A stretch of 64,000 nt of DNA from an uncultured Chloroflexia bacterium (GTDB lineage: Bacteria; Chloroflexota; Dehalococcoidia; DSTF01; JALHUB01). The stretch covers positions 672,001-736,000 of the forward strand of contig OY969814.1 in the NCBI GenBank assembly GCA_963703345.1, read 5' to 3'. The translations under genes were made by a program, and so were the position numbers. Positions 50,194 through 60,221 of this stretch are shown here, one piece after another (the first letter of the stretch is position 1; every line of letters starts with the position of its first letter). Under the pieces are notes generated by a model. It saw only the letters and a list, made by a program, of their open reading frames with translations, had not been told where the DNA came from and made no database searches.

Positions 50194-50553
50194 ATGGCCG
50201 AATTCCTTGACCCATTCCGAGGCAATCTCCCGGACCGTCCGCTGAATATGGGAGAGCTCATCCGCGCCATCAGGCAGGACATCGTCGCGGAAGAGGAAGC
50301 GACCTTTCTCTACACGGCCCAGGCGGAGGCCACGGACAACGAGCTCGCCAAACGCGTGCTCCTGGATATCGCCGACGAGGAACGCGTCCACATCGGCGAG
50401 TTCTCGCGCCTGCTCAGCATACTGACCGAAGGCGAAGAGGACAGGTTCCTGGCCGAGGGCGCCCAGGAGGTCAACGAGATGGCCGGCCGGGCCGGCGCCC
50501 AGCCCGAAGAGCAGCCCGGCAACGCCATGACCGTCGGCTCCCTCAAAGACTGA
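50194..50553 (+). CDS. Ferritin-like encapsulin cargo protein
   Basis: AEEEA..LY; DIADEERVH; C-terminal targeting peptide MTVGSLKD. Confidence 0.9.
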   Translation: MAEFLDPFRGNLPDRPLNMGELIRAIRQDIVAEEEATFLYTAQAEATDNELAKRVLLDIADEERVHIGEFSRLLSILTEGEEDRFLAEGAQEVNEMAGRAGAQPEEQPGNAMTVGSLKD

Positions 50554-50599
50554 CAGGCGCGACACAACTGCAATAACTCACTCTCAAGGAGGAGCGAAA

Positions 50600-51391
50600 A
50601 TGGAAGAGAAGTTCTTGGCCAGGGATGAAGCCCCCATAGCGCTCGATACCTGGAAGGCGATGGACGCCGCTATGGTGGAGACGGCGCGGGGAATCCTCGT
50701 CGGCCGGAGGATACTGCCCATCGAAGGGCCCTACGGCTTCGGACTCAAGTCCGTTCCGATGGAGGACGTCCAGCTCGAAGACGACGTCTACGCCAGCTCG
50801 TCGATCCCGCTGGCGGCCATCGAAGTGGGCTTCACACTCGGAAAGCGCGACCTCGTCGCCTACGAGAGGGACGGCCTGCCGCTAAACCTCAACCGGCTTG
50901 TCGATGCCGCCATCCGCGCCTCGACCCTGGAGGACGGCATCGTCCTCAACGGCGGCCCCCGCCTGTACGGCCTGCTGAACTGTGAAGGAATCAACCGCCA
51001 GGCCCTCTCGCCCTGGGATGAGCTGGGGACCGCTCCCGCCGACATCATCAAGGCCATCATCGACCTCGACAACGCCGGCTACCACGGACCCTACGCCGTC
51101 GCCCTCTCGCCGCCCCGCTACGACACGCTGTACCGGCGCCATCCCATCGGCGCCTTCAGCGAGCTGGAGCAGATCCAGACGATTGCGACGGAAGGCGTCT
51201 TCAAGGCGCCCGTGCTGGAGAAGGGCGGCTTGCTGCTCAACGTCGGCCGCGTCTATGCGTCCATCGTCCTGGGACAGGACATGACGATATCCTTCGTCGG
51301 GCCGACGAAAGAGGACCTGGAGTTCGCCATAGTCGAGAGCGTTGCCCTGCTCGTGCGGAGGCCCGGCGCCATCTGCGCCCTGACGGAGTAG
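50600..51391 (+). CDS. Family 1 encapsulin shell protein (linocin M18-like)
   Basis: FLARDEAP; GRR...EGPYG; ED..V.NG; GPYA; LGQD. Confidence 0.9.
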   Translation: MEEKFLARDEAPIALDTWKAMDAAMVETARGILVGRRILPIEGPYGFGLKSVPMEDVQLEDDVYASSSIPLAAIEVGFTLGKRDLVAYERDGLPLNLNRLVDAAIRASTLEDGIVLNGGPRLYGLLNCEGINRQALSPWDELGTAPADIIKAIIDLDNAGYHGPYAVALSPPRYDTLYRRHPIGAFSELEQIQTIATEGVFKAPVLEKGGLLLNVGRVYASIVLGQDMTISFVGPTKEDLEFAIVESVALLVRRPGAICALTE

Positions 51392-51622
51392 AGCCGAAAG
51401 TCGTAGTCCGGTGCGTTCCTACCGCGACCGCCCGGTCCGGCGCGGTGCAGACGGCATGAAGATGCGAGCGATGGCCGTGACAGAATCGTGAAAGATCGTA
51501 TTGTTATGTTGACTATGCGTCTTTCTTCACGAAACCCTCACGAACTCGTCATTCTTCTTCACAACGCGGCCACGGAGAGGACCTAGACTTTGGCTTAGGT
51601 TATTCTGTACGTTTCTTGGGGA

Positions 51623-52051
51623 GTGATGGGACCGGGAAAAGAAGGCGCAAACCAGGGTAAGGTACTGATTGTAGAGGATGATCCGGCCGTAACTAGGATC
51701 CTCAGAGTTTGTCTCCAGAACGTCGGCTTCGAGACAGCGCACGCAGAAACGGGCGGAGAAGCGCTCCAGAAGTTAGACGGCACGCCTTTCGACGCTGTCC
51801 TCCTTGATCTGGGTCTTCCTGACGGCCGCGGCGGAGACGTTCTCAAGAAGCTGCAGGCTGAACCGACAGATGGCTGCCCCGCCTGGGTCATCATATCGGC
51901 CCTCGACGAGGATGAGGCCGCTAGGCGCTATGGCCCCCTCAAGGGCGTCTACGTCCCCAAGCCCTTCGACCCCTGGGAGCTGATCCGCACGCTCCAGGGG
52001 CTCATTGCGCGTCGGCACGCCGCCGCGGACGAACCTCCTTCGGATACTTGA
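51623..52051 (+). CDS. Single-domain response regulator, paralogue of 45420
   Basis: VLIVEDD; DAVLLDL; shares SALDEDEAARRYGPL with 45420. Confidence 0.85.
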   Translation: MMGPGKEGANQGKVLIVEDDPAVTRILRVCLQNVGFETAHAETGGEALQKLDGTPFDAVLLDLGLPDGRGGDVLKKLQAEPTDGCPAWVIISALDEDEAARRYGPLKGVYVPKPFDPWELIRTLQGLIARRHAAADEPPSDT

Positions 52052-52281
52052 CAGTTATGTTACTATTGTGATTGCCGTATTCGTTTGGGGTATAACGAAG
52101 TCTCTCCCCGCGTCTTCTGTTGTTCTAAGGCAAGGAACGGCTGAGAGCGATTTTTCCCCGTTAGGAAAGGCGTCCCAGGGTCCGGTGCCGGGCAGCGGTC
52201 TCGGCGGCAAGCAAGGGGCATTGAAAGGCCTTCCCGAAAACGCCGGCAAGCAAAGCAAACAGGCACGAAAGGTCGAATTAC

Positions 52282-52662
52282 TTGACAGAGCGCTCGCTTC
52301 AGTCGCCCCTTCGCCTCCTCAACGATGCGGCGCACATGCTGGAGTCGCTCGATGAGCCGCAAGCCCGCCTGGAGGGCATCGTGCGCCTTCTCGAGTGCCT
52401 CGTGCCCTGTGACGGCTGCGTCCTGCTGGAGGCCGCGAACGGCGATGAGCCGAGGTTCACGTTCCTGCCGAAGCCTGCAAACGGAGACCCCTCGACCCTA
52501 AAGGCTGCGATGACGCGCTGTCTCCAGATGATTGCCAGCGAAGGCTCGGGCCCGCTCACCGGCGAAACGACGCCCCAGATACCCTCCCGATCGCAGAGCC
52601 GGCGTCCGAAACGGCGGATGGATAGAGAGGCTTTCACAATCGCGCTGCGGCTGTTAACGTAG
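52282..52662 (+). CDS. Hypothetical protein (possible GAF-like fragment)
   Basis: ORF with GC-typical codon usage just upstream of the kinase. Confidence 0.35.
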   Translation: MTERSLQSPLRLLNDAAHMLESLDEPQARLEGIVRLLECLVPCDGCVLLEAANGDEPRFTFLPKPANGDPSTLKAAMTRCLQMIASEGSGPLTGETTPQIPSRSQSRRPKRRMDREAFTIALRLLT

Positions 52663-52707
52663 ATTGTTAAGGCCGCGCCCACAGAGGGCGGGCCGATTGA
52701 AACAGGG

Positions 52708-55700
52708 ATGAGAAGAACACCAATGACCGAAGAACAAAAGCCGCCGGCGCGCCGGCGAGGCGGCGGGCAGTCAGCCGTCGCCGCACCACCTTCCGACGGC
52801 GCTGAGATGGAGCGCAGACAGGCGGAAATAGAGGCCCTCCTCGAATCGTCGCGGGCGGTTCTGAAACATCGCCAGTTCGCCGAGGCCGCGCGCGTGATAT
52901 TCGACCGCTGCAAAGCCCTCATCGGCGCCACCGCCGGCTACGTCGCCCTCCTGTCCTCCAAGCGCACGGAGAACGAGCTCGTATTCCTCGACGCCGGCGG
53001 CATTCCCTGCGATGTCAACCCCGACCTGCCCATGCCCATCCGCGGGCTGCGGGGGCAGGTCTACGAGAACGGCCGCGCCGCCTACGAGAACGATTTCGCC
53101 CATAGCCCGTGGCTGGACCTTCTGCCCGAGGGTCACGCGGCCCTGGACAACGTCTTGTTCGCGCCTCTGATCATCGAAGGCGCCACCGTAGGCCTGCTCG
53201 GAATCGCCAACAAGCCCGGAGGCTTCACTGAAGACGACCTCCGTTTAGCGACGGCCTTCGGTGAGCTGGCTGCGGTCGCCCTGGACAACAGCCGCACCCT
53301 GGGGGCCCTTCAGAGCGGCGAGCACCGCTTCCACTCCCTCGTCGAGACCGCGAGCGACGCCATCATCTGCGCGAACAGCGACGGCGAGATCATCCTCTGG
53401 AACCGCGGCGCCGAATCGATCTTCGGCTACACCGCGGCGGAGGCCGTTGGACAGCCGCTCACGTTCGTCATGCCGGAGCGGTTCCGCGACAAGCACCGGG
53501 AGGGATTCAGGCGTTTCCTCGCCACCAACCGGCCGCGCCTCATCGGCAAGACCGTCGAGATGACGGCCCTCCGCAAGGACGGCACGGAATTTCCCGCCGA
53601 GCTCTCCGTCACCACCTGGAACGCAAAGCAAGACAAGTTCTTCGGCAGCATCATCCGCGACATCAGCCAGCGCAAACAAGCCGAGAAGGCCCTGCGCGAG
53701 AGCGAGGAGCAGTACCGCCGCCTCGTTGAGAGCCTGCAGGAGGGCGTCTGGTCGCTCGATGAGCATCGGAAGGCCACATTCGTGAATCCGCGTATGGCGG
53801 AGATGCTCGGCTACCTTCCGAAGGAGATGATCGGGAAGAGCCAACTCGACTTCGCTGCCCCCGACAGCATCCGGCCCCTAGAAGACGCTTGGGAGCGCCG
53901 GCGACTCGGCGAGATGGAGCAGTTCGACGCCTCTTTCCTGAAGAAAGACGGCAGCCTTCGCCATTTCCGCATCTCCGCGATGCCGCTCTTCGACGACCAG
54001 CGGAAGTTCGTCGGCGCGGTGGACGCCATCACCGACGTAACGGAGCGCCGCGTCGCTAATCAGGCACTGCGCGAGAGCGAGGAGCAGTACCGCCTCCTGG
54101 CCGAGAACGCCACCGACGGCATCTACCGCTTCCGCCTCGACCCGCCCGGCTACGAGTACGTCAGCCCGGCCATGACAACGCTTTTCGGCTACGAGCGCGA
54201 GGAATGGCTGGCGGACCCGGACCTCGACCACAAGATCGTCCATGCCGATGACCAGGCGCTCATCGACAGGATGCACTCGGAGCCGGCTCAGTTCGTCGGG
54301 CCCATTATCCTGCGCTGCCGGCACAAAGACGGCCATCCCATCTGGATTGAGCACCACAACGCGCCCATCTTCGACGCCGGCGGCAAGCTGATTGCTACCC
54401 AGGGCATCGTGCGCGACGTGACCGGACGCATGCAATCGCTGGAGGACCTGGAGAAGCTCCGCAGCGAGTTCCTGGCCATGGTAACGCACGAGCTCAAGAC
54501 CCCCCTGGCCGCAATCAAAGGCTCCGCGGCCACCGCGCTCCACAGCCCGCGCCCGCTCGATCCGGAAGAAGGGCGGGAGCTATTCCAGATAATCGACGAG
54601 CAGTCGGACCGGCTGCGCGACCTCGCCGATAACCTCCTCGACATGAGCCGCATCGAGGCCGGCTCCCTCTCCGTCAAGCCCGAGCCAATCGATCTCGCCA
54701 CCGCAATCCAAGAGTCGCAATCGACGCTGGCGCGTGGCGGACGCTCCCAGCGCATCGACGTCGAGATGCCGGAGGGCATGCCGGCCGTTAACGCCGACAA
54801 GCGGCGCCTGGTGCAGGTGCTGACGAACCTCCTCACCAACGCCGCCAAGTTCTCGCCGGCCGCGTCGCCGATAACCATCAACGTCGAGCATGACGCCGTC
54901 CACGCCACCATTCGCGTCCGCGATCAGGGCCAGGGCATCGACCCGGCGAAGCTGCCGCTCCTCTTCCAGAAGTTCTCCCAACTCCACGACGCCGGCCGCG
55001 GTGCCGGGACCGGCCTGGGGCTGGCCATATGCAAGGGAATAGTCGAAGCCCACGGCGGCCGCATCTGGGCCGAGAGCGAGGGCGAAGGCAAGGGCGCAAC
55101 GTTCACCTTCACCCTGCCTGTGGCGGCCGAAAGCGCCGCCCGACCCGCCGCGGCTGCCGCCCCGGCGCATGCGCCTGCTGGCGTGCGCCGCGGCGAGAGA
55201 TTGCGCATCCTCGCCGTCGACGACGAGCTGCCCATCCTGCGCTACCTCCAGCACTCCCTCGACCAGGCCGGCTACCAGTGCATCGTTACCAGCGACCCGT
55301 CACAGGTCACCAGATTTGTGGAGATCGAACAGCCGGACCTCATCCTGCTGGACCTCCGCCTGCCCGGCGTCAGCGGCTTCGACCTGCTGGCGCGCATCCG
55401 CGAGTTCTCCGCCGCGCCCGTCATCTTCCTGACCGCCAGCGACAGCAGCGAGGACACCGTGCGGGCGCTGAAGATGGGCGCCGACGACTACGTGACCAAG
55501 CCCTTCGCGCCGTCGGAGCTGCTCGCCCGCATCGAGGCCGCGCTGCGACGTCGCTCCCTGCCGGGCGCCAGCGACTCGCGGCCGCCCTTTACCGTGAAGG
55601 ACCTGACGATCAACTTCGCCGAGCGACGCGTGATCCTCGACGGCCACGACATCTCGCTCTCAGCCACCGAGTACAAGCTTCTCTACGAGCTCGCCACCCA

Positions 55701-55884
55701 TGCCGGCCTGGTCCTCACCTTCGACCAGATCCTCCAGCGCGTCTGGGGCGCCGAATACGCCGGCGAGACGGAGCTCGTTCGCTCGTTCATCCGCAATCTC
55801 CGGCACAAGCTTAATGACGACGCCAAGAACCCGCGCTACATCCTCACGGAGCGGCAGATCGGCTACCGGATGGTAAGGGAATAG
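52708..55884 (+). CDS. Fused GAF-PAS3-histidine kinase-receiver-OmpR winged-helix protein
   Basis: GAF; three PAS/PAC; THELKTPL; NAAKF, DQGQG, GTGLGL; PDLILLDL; GADDYVTKPF; LSATEYKLL...RNLRHKL...GYRM. Confidence 0.9.
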   Translation: MRRTPMTEEQKPPARRRGGGQSAVAAPPSDGAEMERRQAEIEALLESSRAVLKHRQFAEAARVIFDRCKALIGATAGYVALLSSKRTENELVFLDAGGIPCDVNPDLPMPIRGLRGQVYENGRAAYENDFAHSPWLDLLPEGHAALDNVLFAPLIIEGATVGLLGIANKPGGFTEDDLRLATAFGELAAVALDNSRTLGALQSGEHRFHSLVETASDAIICANSDGEIILWNRGAESIFGYTAAEAVGQPLTFVMPERFRDKHREGFRRFLATNRPRLIGKTVEMTALRKDGTEFPAELSVTTWNAKQDKFFGSIIRDISQRKQAEKALRESEEQYRRLVESLQEGVWSLDEHRKATFVNPRMAEMLGYLPKEMIGKSQLDFAAPDSIRPLEDAWERRRLGEMEQFDASFLKKDGSLRHFRISAMPLFDDQRKFVGAVDAITDVTERRVANQALRESEEQYRLLAENATDGIYRFRLDPPGYEYVSPAMTTLFGYEREEWLADPDLDHKIVHADDQALIDRMHSEPAQFVGPIILRCRHKDGHPIWIEHHNAPIFDAGGKLIATQGIVRDVTGRMQSLEDLEKLRSEFLAMVTHELKTPLAAIKGSAATALHSPRPLDPEEGRELFQIIDEQSDRLRDLADNLLDMSRIEAGSLSVKPEPIDLATAIQESQSTLARGGRSQRIDVEMPEGMPAVNADKRRLVQVLTNLLTNAAKFSPAASPITINVEHDAVHATIRVRDQGQGIDPAKLPLLFQKFSQLHDAGRGAGTGLGLAICKGIVEAHGGRIWAESEGEGKGATFTFTLPVAAESAARPAAAAAPAHAPAGVRRGERLRILAVDDELPILRYLQHSLDQAGYQCIVTSDPSQVTRFVEIEQPDLILLDLRLPGVSGFDLLARIREFSAAPVIFLTASDSSEDTVRALKMGADDYVTKPFAPSELLARIEAALRRRSLPGASDSRPPFTVKDLTINFAERRVILDGHDISLSATEYKLLYELATHAGLVLTFDQILQRVWGAEYAGETELVRSFIRNLRHKLNDDAKNPRYILTERQIGYRMVRE

Positions 55885-56194
55885 CCAGGAATCACCTCAC
55901 TACGTACTCGCGATAGCACTCCGGCTTGATTCCATCCAGACACTAGGAGGCGACCAGAAGTCGCCGTAGCGGTCGTCGCCTTTTGCGGCCGAAGCGTCGG
56001 TCGTAAAAGCATGTATCGGCGCTATGAGAAAGATGGCGTTCATTCACACTTCTTGCACGTAATTCAACGGGCCGTTCATACGCCGTGCATGCCCCGCGCC
56101 TAATATGAGACATGGTTTCGGGCTCCCCGAACCAGTCCGGTGAAGGAACAGCGGGCAAGGAAGAGGAACGCTGGGAGAGCGGAAAGGAGCAAGG

Positions 56195-56419
56195 ATGATG
56201 ATGTGGTTCAAAGCCTGCCCGCGCTGTCGCGGAGACTTGTTCTTGGACTCGGACTATTACGGACCGGCAGTATCCTGTATTCAATGCGGCCACACCCTCC
56301 AGGAGCCGCTCTCTGCAGCGCAGCCGTTTCGCTTCGCTGACAAACCGCCCGCCGCCATGCCTCCGACGAGGCTGAGCCTGAGCCTCTCCGCCTGCGAGAG
56401 AAAAGTCAGGGTAGCCTGA
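56195..56419 (+). CDS. Small CPxC...CxxCG zinc-finger protein
   Basis: RBS AAGGAG; KACPRCRGDLF...SCIQCG. Confidence 0.7.
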   Translation: MMMWFKACPRCRGDLFLDSDYYGPAVSCIQCGHTLQEPLSAAQPFRFADKPPAAMPPTRLSLSLSACERKVRVA

Positions 56420-56430
56420 GGGAGACGGCG

Positions 56431-56727
56431 ATGACTCATCGGAGACCGTGCGCCATCACTGCCGACGAGACAGTCGGCCGGACGGGGAAGCGTTCAGGCA
56501 GGGCCGGAAGAGAAGACCTCCTGCTGGCCTGCATATCGCTGGTGAAAGACGGCCGCAACTACGCTGAACCGGCCGATTTCGTCAGCGACGTCGCGTTGAC
56601 GTTCCAGGCCCTGACAGCCGGAACGTCGCAAGACGGCGATATCCAAGTATCCCCCGCGATGCCGGCGTCAATCATTTCAGGTCCAAACACGCTCGGGACC
56701 GGGCGCGACTGGCCGGTGGCAAGCTAG
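56431..56727 (+). CDS. Hypothetical protein
   Basis: GGGAG RBS; co-oriented within the operon. Confidence 0.35.
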   Translation: MTHRRPCAITADETVGRTGKRSGRAGREDLLLACISLVKDGRNYAEPADFVSDVALTFQALTAGTSQDGDIQVSPAMPASIISGPNTLGTGRDWPVAS

Positions 56728-56816
56728 TGCGGCGGGCTCTTCGGCCTATCCGGTGCTCGCCATCGTATGGCGTCAGTCACCCTGGAACAGGCCTGGTGCA
56801 AGGAAAGGAAACTAAG

Positions 56817-58334
56817 GTGCTCAGCTATACACGACCGGCTCTGCTTTCCCGACCGAGCGTCGCGGTCCCGCAGCAGCCGTTGCTGATCGTAAGCAATCGC
56901 GGTCCGGTCGAATACTACCACGACGCGACAGGCAGGTTGCGCCGGCGACAGGCCAGCGGTGGCGTCGCCAGCGCCCTCACCGCCGTCGCCAACTCGGCGC
57001 CGATTAGCTGGATCGCTAGCGCCGCCAGCGAAGCCGACCGCGAAGTCGCCCTGGCCGGCGCCGTCCTCGACGTCAACGAAGGCACGCAGCTCCGGCTTAT
57101 CGCGCCTCCCAGGGAAGCCTACGACCTTTATTACGGCACCTTTTGCAATCCCATACTCTGGTTCCTCCAGCATTCGATGTGGAATCGCCTGGACCGTCCC
57201 GATGCCCGCCGCGAGGCGCTTCACGCCTGGGAGCACGGCTACCTGCCCGTAAACCAGGCAATCGCCGAGGTCGCCGCCGGCGAGTTTCGCACCGGACGCA
57301 ACTGCGGCTCCATCATGCTGCACGATTACCACCTTTACGCGGCGCCGCTTTTCATTCGCAACCTTTGCCCCGGCGTCGCCCTTCAGCACTTCATCCATAT
57401 TCCCTGGCCCGGCCTCGAGGCCTGGCAGGACCTGCCGCGCCAGATCGTCGACTCCATCTGCGAAGGCCTGCTTGCCAACGACAGCGTCGTCTTCCAGACG
57501 GAGAAGTGGGCGCAGGACTTCCTTCTCACCTGCTGGGCGTTCTTCCCCAGCGCCCGCATCGACTTCACCGACGGCATCGTCACCTACCGCGGCCGGCGCA
57601 CGAAGGTTTCCGCGAACCCCATCTCCGTCAACGTCTTCGACCTGCGCAGCCAGCTCTCCTCGCCCGAAGCGCGACCCTATTTCCACAAACTGGCCGCGGA
57701 AACGGCCGAGAAGACGATCGTCCGCGTCGACCGCCTCGACCCCAGCAAGAACATCGACGCCGGCTTCCGCGCCTTCGACCTGCTGCTGCAATCGCATCCT
57801 GAGTGGACCGGGCGCGTGCGCCTGCTTTCCTTCCTCGTGCCGTCACGCGGGGCCGTCCCTGAGTACCGTTCCTACGCCGAGGAAGTCTTCGCCCTCGCGG
57901 ACGAGATAAACGCGCGTCACGGCACGAAGAGCTGGACGCCCATCAAGCTGTTCTACGAGCACAACCGTCTGCAAGCGCTGGTCGCCCTCAGTCTGTACGA
58001 CGTACTCATGGTGAACCCGCTCGTCGACGGCATGAGCCTCGTTTCCAAAGAGGGGCCCGTGCTGAACCGGCGCGACGGCGCGCTCGTACTCTCCGAAGCG
58101 GCGGGCTCATTCGAGGAGCTGCGCGGCGGCGCAATCGGCGTCTGCCCGGAGGACGTGGAGGCCACGGCCGATGCCCTGCACACGGCGCTCACCCTCCCGG
58201 AAGGCGAACGCCGCGAGCGTGCCGCCCTCCTGCGACGTGCCGTCCTCAAGCACGATATCGGACGCTGGCTCCAGGTCCAGCTCGAAGACCTGGCGTCTAT
58301 CGATGACACCAAACCTGCACCTGCTGCGGCGTGA
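56817..58334 (+). CDS. otsA: Trehalose-6-phosphate synthase (GT20)
   Basis: IVSNRGP; LHDYHL; HIPWP; RVDRLDPSKN; DGMSLVSKE; LVLSEAAG; start placed at GTG 56817. Confidence 0.85.
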   Translation: MLSYTRPALLSRPSVAVPQQPLLIVSNRGPVEYYHDATGRLRRRQASGGVASALTAVANSAPISWIASAASEADREVALAGAVLDVNEGTQLRLIAPPREAYDLYYGTFCNPILWFLQHSMWNRLDRPDARREALHAWEHGYLPVNQAIAEVAAGEFRTGRNCGSIMLHDYHLYAAPLFIRNLCPGVALQHFIHIPWPGLEAWQDLPRQIVDSICEGLLANDSVVFQTEKWAQDFLLTCWAFFPSARIDFTDGIVTYRGRRTKVSANPISVNVFDLRSQLSSPEARPYFHKLAAETAEKTIVRVDRLDPSKNIDAGFRAFDLLLQSHPEWTGRVRLLSFLVPSRGAVPEYRSYAEEVFALADEINARHGTKSWTPIKLFYEHNRLQALVALSLYDVLMVNPLVDGMSLVSKEGPVLNRRDGALVLSEAAGSFEELRGGAIGVCPEDVEATADALHTALTLPEGERRERAALLRRAVLKHDIGRWLQVQLEDLASIDDTKPAPAAA

Positions 58335-58385
58335 GTGAGCAGGGAAGCTCATTCCGCCGCATTACTGCTGACATAAAGGAGGCAC

Positions 58386-58586
58386 ATGATGAAGCCAAGC
58401 TGGAACACCCGAGCAAGGTGCCCGCGCTGTCACGGCAACCTCGGCCTGGAATACGATCCGCCGGGAAGCTGGGATGTCGTCTGTCTGCAATGCGGATTCC
58501 GGCGCGTCGCGGTCAACCAGCTCCGATCCGTTGACAGCCGCGCTCTCTTCGAAACACAATCGATGCGCGGGGAGAAGGCGGCCTGA
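58386..58586 (+). CDS. Small CPxC...CxxCG zinc-finger protein
   Basis: RBS AAGGAGG; RCPRCHGNL...VCLQCG. Confidence 0.7.
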   Translation: MMKPSWNTRARCPRCHGNLGLEYDPPGSWDVVCLQCGFRRVAVNQLRSVDSRALFETQSMRGEKAA

Positions 58587-58626
58587 TCCGCTGTCTTCGC
58601 GACCTCGCTAGTAAGGGGAATCGCGA

Positions 58627-59091
58627 GTGCCTACGAAGCGAGAGGAGCTCGAGTGGCATGAGAATGCCTACCGCGAGGTCCGCTCGCTCGTCGATTCAAT
58701 CGAAGAGCCCCGCTTCGAGGAGCCGTGGCTCGACGGCCGCTGGGGCGTCCGCGAGATCGTCGCCCACCTCGCTGGCTGGCATCGGGAGATGGGCGCAGGG
58801 CTGGAGCGCATGACCCGCGGCGAACGGCCCACGCGCGAAGGCGTCGACTGGAGCGACGTCCAGGCCTGGAACGACCGTTTCGCCCGCGAGGCGCAGGGCA
58901 AGAGCAAGGCCGATGTGCTGCGGGAGTTCGACGCAGCGGTCGCCCGCTTCCGCGAGTTCGGCGCTCAACTGCCCGAAGAGCGCTTCGGGCCCGGCAAAAC
59001 GGCGAACGGCATAATCGAAGGAGCGGGCACCAACCATTTTCGCGAGCACATGGCTATGATCAATAGCTGGCTGGTTCGACAGCCGGCCTGA
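58627..59091 (+). CDS. DinB-like four-helix bundle protein
   Basis: WGVREIVAHLAGW; HFREH. Confidence 0.75.
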   Translation: MPTKREELEWHENAYREVRSLVDSIEEPRFEEPWLDGRWGVREIVAHLAGWHREMGAGLERMTRGERPTREGVDWSDVQAWNDRFAREAQGKSKADVLREFDAAVARFREFGAQLPEERFGPGKTANGIIEGAGTNHFREHMAMINSWLVRQPA

Positions 59092-59141
59092 AAAGCAGAA
59101 TCGCCCGTAGGGCAACTGCAGGAAAGGAGGGAACCCCCCTA

Positions 59142-59714
59142 GTGTACGAGGCAAAGGACTACTCTCGTCTCATCGGCATGGACGGCTTCAGCGAGACCCT
59201 GCTGAAGAACCACTTCACCCTCTACCAGGGCTACGTCACCAACACCAACAAGCTCCGCGATTCCCTTGCCCAGATGGCGAAGGAGAGCAAGCACGCCACG
59301 CCTGAATACGCCGAGCTAAAGCGCCGCCTCGGCTTCGAATGGGACGGCATGCGACTGCACGAGTACTACTTCGAGAACCTCGGCGGCAAAGGCGACCTGT
59401 CGCAATCGCAGAAGCTCGCCCAGGCGGTCGCGTCCGACTTCGGCGGCTTCGAGGCCTGGCTGGCCGACTTCAAAGGCGTCGGTGCCATGCGCGGCATCGG
59501 CTGGGCCATCCTCTACCGCGACGGCGCCTCGGGCGCCCTCATCAACCAGTGGATCAACGAGCACCAGAACAACCACCTGGCCGGCTGCATGCCCATCCTG
59601 GTGATGGACGTCTTTGAGCACGCCTACATGCTCGACTATGGCCTCAAGCGCGCTGACTACATCGAAGCATTCCTGCGAAACGTCGACCGCGGCGTCGTGG
59701 AGAGCCGCCTGTAG
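59142..59714 (+). CDS. Fe/Mn superoxide dismutase family protein
   Basis: NHFTLYQGYV; LHEYYF; GIGWA; MDVFEHAY. Confidence 0.88.
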   Translation: MYEAKDYSRLIGMDGFSETLLKNHFTLYQGYVTNTNKLRDSLAQMAKESKHATPEYAELKRRLGFEWDGMRLHEYYFENLGGKGDLSQSQKLAQAVASDFGGFEAWLADFKGVGAMRGIGWAILYRDGASGALINQWINEHQNNHLAGCMPILVMDVFEHAYMLDYGLKRADYIEAFLRNVDRGVVESRL

Positions 59715-59776
59715 CAATCCCGCCTGCTCTCGACGCTCTGCATTGGGGGGAACAGAAAGCGCTTTGGAGGTGATAC

Positions 59777-60142
59777 GTGAGACGCACAATCGTGCACTTC
59801 GAGATCCCAGCGAATGACCCCGAGAAACTCGCTTCATTCTATCGCAGCGTCTTCGAGTGGAAGATCGAGAAGGACGCCGCGATGGACTACTGGCTCATCC
59901 GCACCGGCGACGACGAAGGTGGGCCGAACGGCGGCATGATGGCCAGGATGGAGGGATGGCAATGCCCGCTCAACTACATCGGCGTGGAATCCGTTGACGA
60001 CTTCTCGAAGAAGGTGACCTCGCTGGGCGGGCAGGTCATGATGGAGAAACGTCCGGTGCCGACGATGGGCTGGTTCGCGGTCTGCCAGGACCCGGACGGA
60101 AACCCGTTCGCCCTGTGGGAGATGGACACAAACGCCGCTTAG
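59777..60142 (+). CDS. VOC/glyoxalase family protein
   Basis: IVHFEIPA; NGGMM; DPDGNPFALWE. Confidence 0.85.
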   Translation: MRRTIVHFEIPANDPEKLASFYRSVFEWKIEKDAAMDYWLIRTGDDEGGPNGGMMARMEGWQCPLNYIGVESVDDFSKKVTSLGGQVMMEKRPVPTMGWFAVCQDPDGNPFALWEMDTNAA

Positions 60143-60221
60143 GCGCGTCTATCCGAGGAACAGACGGTCAGAAAGGATTCGACCTCGTCGATAGAGCTGG
60201 GGGCTACGGGTAGGAAGCCTG

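Noticed and set aside
45378-52095. SigB/SigF-like promoters (GATTGCCG...GTATA at about 45378 and 52070)
   Set aside because: Only two loose instances with different spacing; not enough to call.
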